From Actinomycetales bacterium (GTDB lineage: Bacteria; Actinomycetota; Actinomycetes; S36-B12; UBA5976): 64,000 nt of DNA. Positions 1 to 7,834 of this stretch are shown one piece after another; the stretch's first letter is position 1; each line of letters opens with the position of its first letter. The stretch lies in the NCBI GenBank assembly GCA_018969715.1, contig JAGWXT010000001.1, positions 10,877 through 74,876 on the forward strand, read 5' to 3'. Under the pieces are notes generated by a model. That model ran no database searches and was not told where the DNA came from. It saw only the letters and a list, made by a program, of their open reading frames with translations. The translations under genes and the position numbers were made by a program.

Positions 1-1185
1 ACCGCGCTCAGCGCCCTCGATGCGCGACAGGACAGTCCGCAGGGCACGCCGGCCGATCCGCCGGATCGCCTTCGGTGACAGGTGCAGCCGATCGGCGCTG
101 AGGTAGCCCTCCTCGGTGAGCGCGCGCTGCGCCTGCTGCAGGGCGGCGAGGTCGTCGCGGGCACCGCGGCCGAGGGCGCGCGCGACGGCGTCCTCATCGA
201 TGTCGGCGAGGTTGCCCGAGGTGCGCGCATCGGCCAGCTGGGCGCGCAGGGCGTCGATATCGGCGAGCTCGGCGAGGGCGGCGGTCGCGTCGGGCAGTGA
301 CAGCGGCTCCGACCCGCTCATCCGCGAGGGGCCGGTGGCCGGCAGTTCCGGGCGCAGTGCGCGCAGCCGCTCGTGGACGCCCGCCATCTGCTCCCGCAGA
401 CCCAGCTCGTCCAGCGCCTGCGCCATCGCCCCGGCCAATGCGGCGCGCTGCTCGGGGGTGAGCGAGTCGAGCAGCCGGTCGCGGGCGGCGGCCCGGCGAG
501 CGAGGTCGTCGACGAACTCCGCAAGCGTCGCCGGCGGATCGGGGAGGAGGTCGGCATGCGTGGCGAGGAAGGACTGGTAGTCCGCCTCGGTGGCGGTGCC
601 ATCGCGGTAGGCGTCCAGCAGCGTGGTGAGCTCGGTGAGCAGTGCGCGCAGCCGCTGCTGTGCAGCCGGATCCGACATCGCCGCGATCGACTCGGTCATG
701 TCCGCGAACTGCTGGTCGACGACATCGCGGCGCAGTTGGTCAAGGGCCTGCTGGTAGTGGGCGCGTGCCTGCGGGGAGGACCAGTCGTAGGTGCGCAGGG
801 CCCGCAGGGCCTGGCTGGTCGCCTCGGGCAGTGCGTCCAGCCGGGCCTCGGCGAACCGGGCATCCTCCCCGGGATCGTTGGCGAGGGCCTCCCGCTCGAC
901 ATCGAGGGCCCGATCAAGGTGCTCGCGCACCTCGGCGAGGACATCGTCGAGGCGGCCGGCGTCGGTCAGCTGCCGGCGGCGCTGGGCGAGCCGACGGTCC
1001 AGCGACGCCAGCCCCGGACGCTGCCCGGGGCCATCACGCAGCAGTCCCCGCAGTGCCTCCCGGACGGACTCCCCGGCGAGCACTCGTTCGGCGAGCTCGT
1101 CGACGAGATCCCCCGCCCCCAGCGGGTCGGCGAGGGGATCGGGCCCGCCGGTGAACCGTCCGTAGCGCGCCCGCGCCCGGGTCAC
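1..1185 (-). CDS. Partner protein of the adjacent MoxR/ChlI-like ATPase, probably a vWA-domain protein (3' part beyond window)
   Basis: Own minus-strand translation gives a stop-free, GC3-rich frame from GTG at 1185-1183 (GTGA overlap with the ATPase stop) to the window edge: VTRARARYGRFTGGPDPLADPLGAGDLVDELAERVLAGESVREALRGLL... It is missing from the ORF track only because its stop lies outside the window. The vWA domain itself is not visible; the product is inferred from the usual ATPase+vWA pairing. Confidence 0.6.
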   Translation of the reverse strand, partial: MTRARARYGRFTGGPDPLADPLGAGDLVDELAERVLAGESVREALRGLLRDGPGQRPGLASLDRRLAQRRRQLTDAGRLDDVLAEVREHLDRALDVEREALANDPGEDARFAEARLDALPEATSQALRALRTYDWSSPQARAHYQQALDQLRRDVVDQQFADMTESIAAMSDPAAQQRLRALLTELTTLLDAYRDGTATEADYQSFLATHADLLPDPPATLAEFVDDLARRAAARDRLLDSLTPEQRAALAGAMAQALDELGLREQMAGVHERLRALRPELPATGPSRMSGSEPLSLPDATAALAELADIDALRAQLADARTSGNLADIDEDAVARALGRGARDDLAALQQAQRALTEEGYLSADRLHLSPKAIRRIGRRALRTVLSRIEGAERG

Positions 1186-2675
1186 GACTCGTCCTGCCCG
1201 GTGCGGGCGGTGACGAAGCGCATCGTCCCGCCGACCTCCTCCTTGTTTATGCGACGCGCCAGCCACAGGCCCTCGGCGGCGAACTCCACGCAGGCGGCGA
1301 CCAGTCCGGCGGAGCTGGCCATCTCGGGCTCCAGGTGACCGACGAGTGCACCCAACCCGGGCACGGCCTCCCCATCGCCGGGTCCGACCGCGGTGACGAT
1401 GGTCGAGGCGGGGGTGAGGTCGTCGAGGTCGAGGGTGCGGCCCGCGTCGAACCATGCGACCAGTCCGGTGAGGAATGTCGCCGGACGGGATCCGCGCAGC
1501 CGGCTGCGCCAGGTCTCCGCGGTGGCCCGTCGTGCGAGCAGTGCGAGCGTGGCCTCCTCCTCGCCCTCCTCGCTCACGTCGAACTCGACCTTGCCCAGCA
1601 GGGTGGGGACGATGTCGGCGAGGTCGCCGATGCGCGCAACCGGCTCCCGGTCGCCGATCAGGGCGGCACGCCGCAGGGCGGCACCGGAGAGCTGCTCCAT
1701 GCACGCGATCGCGAACCGCGCCGACACGCCGCTGCGCTGGTCGACCGCGGGTGACTCGCGCACCAGTCGGGTGAACCGCGCGACGACCTCGCGCAGGTGG
1801 TCGGGCACCACCGCCTCGATGCGCGCCTCCTGGGCGAGCAGCGCCATCTCCTCGGCGACGGTCAGCGGGTAGTGGGTGCGGATCTCCACGCCGAAACGGT
1901 CCTTCAGCGGGGTGATGATGCGGCCCCGGTTGGTGTAGTCCTCGGGGTTGGCGCTGGCCACGACCAGCAGATCCAGTGGCAGGCGCAGGGTGTAGCCGCG
2001 CACCTGCACATCCCGCTCCTCGAGCACGTTGAGCAGGGCCACCTGGATCCGCTCGGCGAGGTCGGGCAGCTCGTTGATCGCGAAGATCCCCCGGTTGGTG
2101 CGGGGGACCAGTCCGTAGTGGATCGTCTCGGGGTCGCCGAGGGAGCGGCCCTCGGCGATGCGCACCGGGTCGACATCGCCGATCAGATCCCCGACCGCGG
2201 TATCCGGGGTGGCCAGCTTCTCCCCGTACCGGTCGCCCCGGTGGCGCCACCCCACCGGCAGGTCATCGCCCAGTTCGGCGGCCAGCCGCTGGCAGCGCGC
2301 GCAGATCGGCCCGGTGGGGTCATCGTTGATGGGACAGTCCGGGATCACCGGCTGCCACTCGTCCAGCAGGCTGACCAGGCTGCGGATCAGGCGGGTCTTG
2401 CCCTGTCCGCGCTCCCCGAGCAGCACGATGTCGTGCCCGGCGAGGATCGCCCGCTCCACCTGCGGGGTGACCGTCGTGTCGAACCCGACGATGCCGGGCA
2501 GGCTCGGCTCGCCCGCCCGCAGCCGGGCCTGCAGGTTGGTGCGCATCTGCTGCTTCACCGTGGCGGGCCGGTAGCCGGATGCGCGCAGGGCGCCCACGGT
2601 GGTGGGGCGTGGCGGGTTGGTCGGGGGTGCCGGGTTGGACGGGTTGGGCGGGGGTGTCGGGCTGGGGGAGCTCAC
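1182..2675 (-). CDS. AAA+ ATPase, Mg-chelatase ChlI / MoxR-like
   Basis: 497-aa ORF with P-loop GERGQGKTRL, a Walker-B-like RGIFAINELPDL box, and VVASANPED / RFG sensor-like regions typical of ChlI/MoxR ATPases. Pro-rich N-terminus. Confidence 0.85.
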   Translation of the reverse strand: MSSPSPTPPPNPSNPAPPTNPPRPTTVGALRASGYRPATVKQQMRTNLQARLRAGEPSLPGIVGFDTTVTPQVERAILAGHDIVLLGERGQGKTRLIRSLVSLLDEWQPVIPDCPINDDPTGPICARCQRLAAELGDDLPVGWRHRGDRYGEKLATPDTAVGDLIGDVDPVRIAEGRSLGDPETIHYGLVPRTNRGIFAINELPDLAERIQVALLNVLEERDVQVRGYTLRLPLDLLVVASANPEDYTNRGRIITPLKDRFGVEIRTHYPLTVAEEMALLAQEARIEAVVPDHLREVVARFTRLVRESPAVDQRSGVSARFAIACMEQLSGAALRRAALIGDREPVARIGDLADIVPTLLGKVEFDVSEEGEEEATLALLARRATAETWRSRLRGSRPATFLTGLVAWFDAGRTLDLDDLTPASTIVTAVGPGDGEAVPGLGALVGHLEPEMASSAGLVAACVEFAAEGLWLARRINKEEVGGTMRFVTARTGQDES

Positions 2676-2723
2676 CCTGTGACGGTACGCCCATGGCTCA
2701 ACCGCGGCACCCCCGCGGGGGTG

Positions 2724-3107
2724 TCAGCCGGGACCGTCCAGACATGGCGAGAAGGGCGACTCCGCGAGGCTCACCCAGTGGCCACCGGTGCCGTCACGCC
2801 AGTTGGCCAGCCGCAATTGCGGGTACCACTGGCAGGTCGACCCGAACTGCTCGATCAGCCCGGCGATGGCGTCGGGATCGTGGTTGTACATCGGGGTCGG
2901 CTCCCCCTCGACGGTGAGGGTGATCCCATCCGGGTGCGCATCAATGGTTGCGGTGACCGGCTCCTGCGTGGGGCTGAGGCTCAGGACGGGGATCCAGTGG
3001 ACGTTGTGGCCGGTGGCGTAGCTCCTGCAGGGCTCGCCGGTCCGGGGAACGTGGGTGAAAATCGTGGTCTCGTCGCGGGTGGGATCAGGGGTGGTCTGTG
3101 CTGACAT
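2724..3107 (-). CDS. Hypothetical protein (127 aa)
   Basis: Internal ATG (MSAQTTPDP...) of ORF 2724..3416. The upstream part of that ORF is Arg/Pro-rich junk. No motif recognised. Confidence 0.45.
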   Translation of the reverse strand: MSAQTTPDPTRDETTIFTHVPRTGEPCRSYATGHNVHWIPVLSLSPTQEPVTATIDAHPDGITLTVEGEPTPMYNHDPDAIAGLIEQFGSTCQWYPQLRLANWRDGTGGHWVSLAESPFSPCLDGPG

Positions 3108-3333
3108 GGCGATGCCTCTCTGGCTGCGTTCCGCGGGGGGATCCCGCGGCGGCTCTTCCCCGGGGCCACCGCCGCAGCGACGGTTGGCAGGCGACCAGCC
3201 GGAGACTTGTGGCCGCACTTCGTGAGCTCCATCAGTATGCCCCCCGGGGGTGACACGCGCCGCACGCCGCCGGCCGCCCGACGCCGGCCGCCCGCGCCGG
3301 GGGCCGCCCGCCCGGTGCGGTACGGTCCGGCCC

Positions 3334-4353
3334 ATGCGGGTGCTGGTCACCGGGGGGACGGGGACGATCGGCAGCCATGTCGCCGCCGACCTGCTCAGCC
3401 GCGGCCACACGGTCACCGCCTATGCGCGCACCCGCTCGGATGCGCACCGTGCCCTGCTCCCCGAGCTTGGCTTCATCGCCGGTGACGTGACCGACGCCGC
3501 GCGCACCCGGGAGGCGCTCACCGGCATGGCGGCGGTGATCCACCTCGCCGCGGTCACCGCACCCGGTCGCCGTCCGACGCTGGACCTGCACGCGGTGAAC
3601 GTCACCGGCACCCTCAACGTCCTCGAGGGGGCGGTCGGCGCGGGTGTGCCGACGGTCATCTTCGGCTCATCCGGCGCGGCCTCGGGGTTCTCCTTCCAGC
3701 ATCGGCGCCTCGTCCCGCAGTACCTGCCACTGGACGAGGCGCATCCCGATCGTCCACAGGATCCGTACGGGCTGAGCAAGCTCCTCGGCGAGCTCGCCTG
3801 CCGCGGGTACACCGACGCCCATGGGCTGCGGACGATCTGCCTGCGGATCAACCACAACTGGATCCTCAGCCGCACCAGCGCTGAATTCGTCACCAGCGCC
3901 GGGCTGTACCAGGGTCGCAGCATCGAGGATCTGTGGCAGGAGCGCTACGTCAAGTGCCTCACTGCCCCTGACGGCGAGTGGCCGGTTCCTGGCCCACCGC
4001 GTCCGGCGCACCTGCTGTGGACCTACACCGACATCCGCGATGCGGTGAGCGCATTCGCGCTGGCCCTCGGGGCCGAGCACCTGCACCATGAGGTGTTCGC
4101 CATCAACGGCTTCGACACGTGCTCACTCGCGCCGACCGCCGAACTGCTCGCCGAGCACTTCCCCGAGGTGCCATGCCGGGCGCCGTTCCCCGACCACGCC
4201 TCGGTGGTCTCCTTCGACAAGGCAACACACCTGCTCGGCTACCGGCCGCGTCACTCCTGGCGGGAGAGCGACTTCCACGACTGGTTCACGTCCCTCGGCT
4301 CCAGGAGCGTCAACTGCAGCCCGATCATCACCACGGCATATCCGGTGCGGTGA
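3334..4353 (+). CDS. NAD-dependent epimerase/dehydratase family protein (extended SDR)
   Basis: ATG at 3334 gives MRVLVTGGTGTIGSH (GxxGxxG Rossmann motif). A catalytic YxxxK is present (PYGLSK). Confidence 0.85.
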   Translation: MRVLVTGGTGTIGSHVAADLLSRGHTVTAYARTRSDAHRALLPELGFIAGDVTDAARTREALTGMAAVIHLAAVTAPGRRPTLDLHAVNVTGTLNVLEGAVGAGVPTVIFGSSGAASGFSFQHRRLVPQYLPLDEAHPDRPQDPYGLSKLLGELACRGYTDAHGLRTICLRINHNWILSRTSAEFVTSAGLYQGRSIEDLWQERYVKCLTAPDGEWPVPGPPRPAHLLWTYTDIRDAVSAFALALGAEHLHHEVFAINGFDTCSLAPTAELLAEHFPEVPCRAPFPDHASVVSFDKATHLLGYRPRHSWRESDFHDWFTSLGSRSVNCSPIITTAYPVR

Positions 4354-4762
4354 GGTAGTTGCCCCGCTCGGGGATGACATGGCGCACCCCACCGCGCGGA
4401 TCGGCCATGTCCCCGGGGTAGCGGGGGATCACGTGGACGTGCAGGTGGGGCACCGTCTGCCCGGCAGCGGCCCCGGCATTGAAGCCGACGTTGTAGCCGG
4501 CGGGACGGGGGGTGAGCCCCTCCAGCCCGTCGCGGACCTTATTTACTAGCGCGAGGATGGCGTGCTGCTCGGCCGGCGTGGCCTCCCACCACGTGGCAAC
4601 CAGGCGGCGGGTGACGATAAGGGTGTGCCCGGGGGAGACCGGGTAGCGATCGCGGATGGCGAAGGCGCAGTCGTTGCTCGCCACCCACTCATCGACGGGC
4701 ACGGCGAGGAAGGGGGAGGCCGCATCGGCCTCCGCGACACCGCCGGCCACGGTCAGCGCCAC
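4328..4762 (-). CDS. HIT (histidine triad) family hydrolase
   Basis: 144-aa ORF with histidine triad PHLHVHVIP. The 3' end overlaps the convergent epimerase gene. Confidence 0.85.
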   Translation of the reverse strand: MALTVAGGVAEADAASPFLAVPVDEWVASNDCAFAIRDRYPVSPGHTLIVTRRLVATWWEATPAEQHAILALVNKVRDGLEGLTPRPAGYNVGFNAGAAAGQTVPHLHVHVIPRYPGDMADPRGGVRHVIPERGNYLTAPDMPW

Positions 4763-6612
4763 GGGCCGGCCGGGGGCTCACCCTCAGCCGCGTGGGTGTC
4801 CCACCCCATCTGGTGGATCATCTCGGGGTCGTCCAGCAGTTCGCGTGTGCGCACCATCGCCGCGCGGCTGCCCGAGGTGAGCAGCCCCGGCTGGCCCAGC
4901 GCCATCGACATGCCCCGGTTGCGCGGGTCCACCCCGATCGCCCGCAGCATCGGCTCGGCCCGCTGTGAGACCGAGCCGCGCACCCCGAAGGCGCTGAGCA
5001 GATCCTGCACGCTGATGTTGTCGGGCACGTCCTCGTCGTTGGCCCGGTGGATGATCCACGCGATCGCCGCGGCACCGCGCGCGGGGGAGGAGTTGCGCCG
5101 GAAGATCAGTGGATCGCCGATCGCCACCTGGTGGAGCAGGCGGCGCATGGCGGTGCGGTACTCCAGTCCGAGCAGGCTGTCGGCGATGCGGTCGCAGTCG
5201 GCGAGCATGAGGCCGACGCCGTCGACGATGTCCTCGTTGATCCCCGTCCACTCGAAGGGCTCATCGGGCAGTGGACTGCTGTCGAGGTCCGCCAGCGCCC
5301 CCGCTCCGCCGGCGCGCTGCTCGAGCTGGTCGCGCATGTACGTCTCGAAGGAGAAGCTGGCTCGCCGCTCGTTGAACAGCCGGACGGTGAGGTCATCGAG
5401 GATCCTGAGGGTCTCCGGATCCGGGCCATCGCCGATGAGGCGTATGTACTCGGCCTCGCAGCGGTCAACGGCGTGCAGGGTGTCAGCAGTGCGTCCCGCC
5501 GGGATCTGCAGCCGGTCGTGGCAGTAGCCGATGTAGCGCCGCAGCAGGTCGGGCAGCCGGGCGAGGTCCCCGGGGGGAGCGAGGAGGTACTGCGGTGCCC
5601 ACCCCGTCAGCAGCATCTCCACTCGCACCGGGCTCCAGCGGTAGGGATCCCCGCCCGACAGGGTGCAGGCGAAGTCCAGCAGCGGCTCCATCAGGGAGCG
5701 GCTGACGGAGTCCCGCGAGCCCTGCGAGAACGGTGAGGCATGGAAGGCCGCGGCGATCCCGAGCCGTTGGTGCGGTGGCCAGCTCGGATACTCAGGTGCC
5801 GTGCCACCGGGTGGCAGCAGCCGCACCGCCCACTCGATGAGCGGTCGGCACGCCGGCCAGGTGTCGGTCGTGGGCACATCGATGTGGGTGAGCCCCAGCT
5901 CGAGGGCTGCGATCATCTGCGCCCGTGCGGCCATCGGGTCCGCCGGCACGACGTCCGGTCGCTCATCCTGAGCGCGTCGGAGGATGCTCGCCTGCAATGT
6001 CGCCAGCGTCTCGGGGGCGATGAAGCCGTCCTTGACCACCCCGGCGAGATTGTGGTCGATGTAGACCAGCGCGGTGAACGACCCACCCGCCGGCAGCACC
6101 ACCTCGAACAGGTAGCTGTCCCCATCGCCGAGGATGTCGGTGAGCATGATCACCGAATCGCCACAGCGGGCCTCGTGCAGGCCGCGCAGCCATGGCGGCA
6201 GGGGTTGGCGGCGTGCGGTCAGTCCGCGCTGTATGCGCCGACGCAGGAGGTCATCCTCAATGAGGGTCTCGATGACGGTCAGGGCCGCGGTCGTCTCGGT
6301 GATATCGATGTCGAGGAAGGAGTCGACCAGTTCGGCGAGGCTCAACTCGGAGGCCATCTCGCTGAACGCGCCGTCGGTGCGGTCATAGGCCACCTCGAGG
6401 AAGGTGCTCATCACCATGAGCAGATCGGAGGGTTTGCCGGTGCGCAGCGACTGGCGGATCATCCGGAGCAGCGGCTGCTGCTCGGCGCCGCCGGGGTCGG
6501 CGTGACCTGACGGGACGATGGACAGGTGAGGGGGGCGTGGCTGGTGGGCGCGCTGCCCGGGGTGCTGTCGTCGGCCGCGGCCGCCGCGGCCGCGCCCACG
6601 TTGTGTTGCCAT
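4753..6612 (-). CDS. Conserved hypothetical protein (619 aa) with an Arg/Gly-rich N-terminus
   Basis: Long ORF with natural amino-acid composition. It overlaps the downstream HIT gene by 10 nt, suggesting an operon. No catalytic motif recognised. Confidence 0.6.
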   Translation of the reverse strand: MATQRGRGRGGRGRRQHPGQRAHQPRPPHLSIVPSGHADPGGAEQQPLLRMIRQSLRTGKPSDLLMVMSTFLEVAYDRTDGAFSEMASELSLAELVDSFLDIDITETTAALTVIETLIEDDLLRRRIQRGLTARRQPLPPWLRGLHEARCGDSVIMLTDILGDGDSYLFEVVLPAGGSFTALVYIDHNLAGVVKDGFIAPETLATLQASILRRAQDERPDVVPADPMAARAQMIAALELGLTHIDVPTTDTWPACRPLIEWAVRLLPPGGTAPEYPSWPPHQRLGIAAAFHASPFSQGSRDSVSRSLMEPLLDFACTLSGGDPYRWSPVRVEMLLTGWAPQYLLAPPGDLARLPDLLRRYIGYCHDRLQIPAGRTADTLHAVDRCEAEYIRLIGDGPDPETLRILDDLTVRLFNERRASFSFETYMRDQLEQRAGGAGALADLDSSPLPDEPFEWTGINEDIVDGVGLMLADCDRIADSLLGLEYRTAMRRLLHQVAIGDPLIFRRNSSPARGAAAIAWIIHRANDEDVPDNISVQDLLSAFGVRGSVSQRAEPMLRAIGVDPRNRGMSMALGQPGLLTSGSRAAMVRTRELLDDPEMIHQMGWDTHAAEGEPPAGPWR

Positions 6613-7195
6613 GTCTTCAACCTAGCCCCGGGGGCGGCTGATGGCGGTGGCGTGGGTTGTAGCGGGACAGGGGTGGGGCGGCGTGGCTAGGGTCGTGGGG
6701 TGGCGGGTGATCGGGTTGCTCGGGTGTTTGTGTCGTCGACGTTTGCGCCACTGATCTTTCTGAGCGGTCGGCGTGAGGAGCCTGTCCTCCGGGGTTCTGG
6801 TGCTACCGGTGTTGATGATCCTCGCCGCATTAGCGTCAGCAGCGATGGCCGTCAACAGTCGTCGGCTGTCGTCACCGCCGGCCCCCCTTGTGCCTCCACC
6901 CGTGATGCGCATTGCTCCCTACCTGCTCTGCTACGGGTAGGTCCCTGTCAATAGGCGTGCAACGCCTTGGCCGACTCCTTCCCGGTCGAACTGACGGCGG
7001 TTGTCGACCTCAGCACTGGCGTGACCTTTGACGAGGCCCGCTCGGCTGGTGTGTGGGGGTGGTCGTTGGCGACGGTCTACGGGTGTTGCCCACGGTGGTG
7101 CTCCGACCCGGGCAGCCGCGGCCCCGATGAGAGCTGTGCACTCAGGCAACGGTGCCGGCCGCCATTGGACGGCGTTGGCGCAGAATAGGACCGCC

Positions 7196-7735
7196 ATGAA
7201 CGAGGTCACCGCGCTCATCATGCGCCACCCGGCCACGCAGGCCGCCACCCTGACCGCCCTGCGAAATGAGGTGCACCGCCTCGTGCCCGGTGCTGGTGAG
7301 CGGATCTTCTACGGGATGCCCTCATTTGAGGTTGGTGGCGTCGTGCTGCTCAGCTACGAGGGCTTCAGCGACCACAACAGCATCTTCCCCGGCGCGGCTG
7401 CGATCGACGCCCTCTCCGATGAGCTCGCCGGATACCGGACGTCCAAGGGAACCATCCAGTTCGAGCGGGAGAAGCTGCCCCCACGTGCCCTGATCAAGCG
7501 GATCGTGCGCACCCGCATCACGTTGATCAACGAGAGCTATCCCACGCCGGCTGGCCAGTTCCGGGCGTTCTACGACAACGGCTTCCTCAAGGCCAAGGGC
7601 CGATACCTGGCCGGGGAGATGCACGGCGAGTGGGAGTTCTACCGCCGGGACGGCTCCCTCATGAGACGCGGCAGGCTCCGTCACGGCCAGCCCGTTGGTG
7701 AGTGGACGACCCATCCCCGGGCGGGGTCAGCATGA
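7196..7735 (+). CDS. DUF1801 (YdhG-like) domain fused to MORN/YwqK-like repeats
   Basis: ATG at 7196 (MNEVTALIMRHP...). The C-terminal GRYLAGEMHGEWEFYRRDGSLMRRGRLRHGQPVGEW resembles MORN-type repeats. The upstream part of ORF 7028..7735 looks non-coding. Confidence 0.55.
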   Translation: MNEVTALIMRHPATQAATLTALRNEVHRLVPGAGERIFYGMPSFEVGGVVLLSYEGFSDHNSIFPGAAAIDALSDELAGYRTSKGTIQFEREKLPPRALIKRIVRTRITLINESYPTPAGQFRAFYDNGFLKAKGRYLAGEMHGEWEFYRRDGSLMRRGRLRHGQPVGEWTTHPRAGSA

Positions 7736-7834
7736 GGGCGCCCGCCCGCGGCTTATAGTCGAGGCATCGGTCATCTCACGCGTGCGCTGCTGATCCTGGC
7801 GCTGGCAGGTCCCCTGCTCACCGCGGCCCCCCCG

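Noticed and set aside
82-1338. Plus-strand ORFs at the left edge (82..300, 116..580, 373..1338, 642..1154)
   Set aside because: They lie antisense to the stop-free, GC3-rich minus-strand frame that continues the ATPase operon. Their translations are Arg/Gly/Ala-rich and overlap one another.
7733-7735. Programmed stop-codon readthrough fusing the DUF1801-MORN gene to the hydrolase-ABC gene, which is in the same frame
   Set aside because: There is no recoding signal, and placing a signal peptide in the middle of a fusion makes no biological sense. The shared frame is most likely coincidental.
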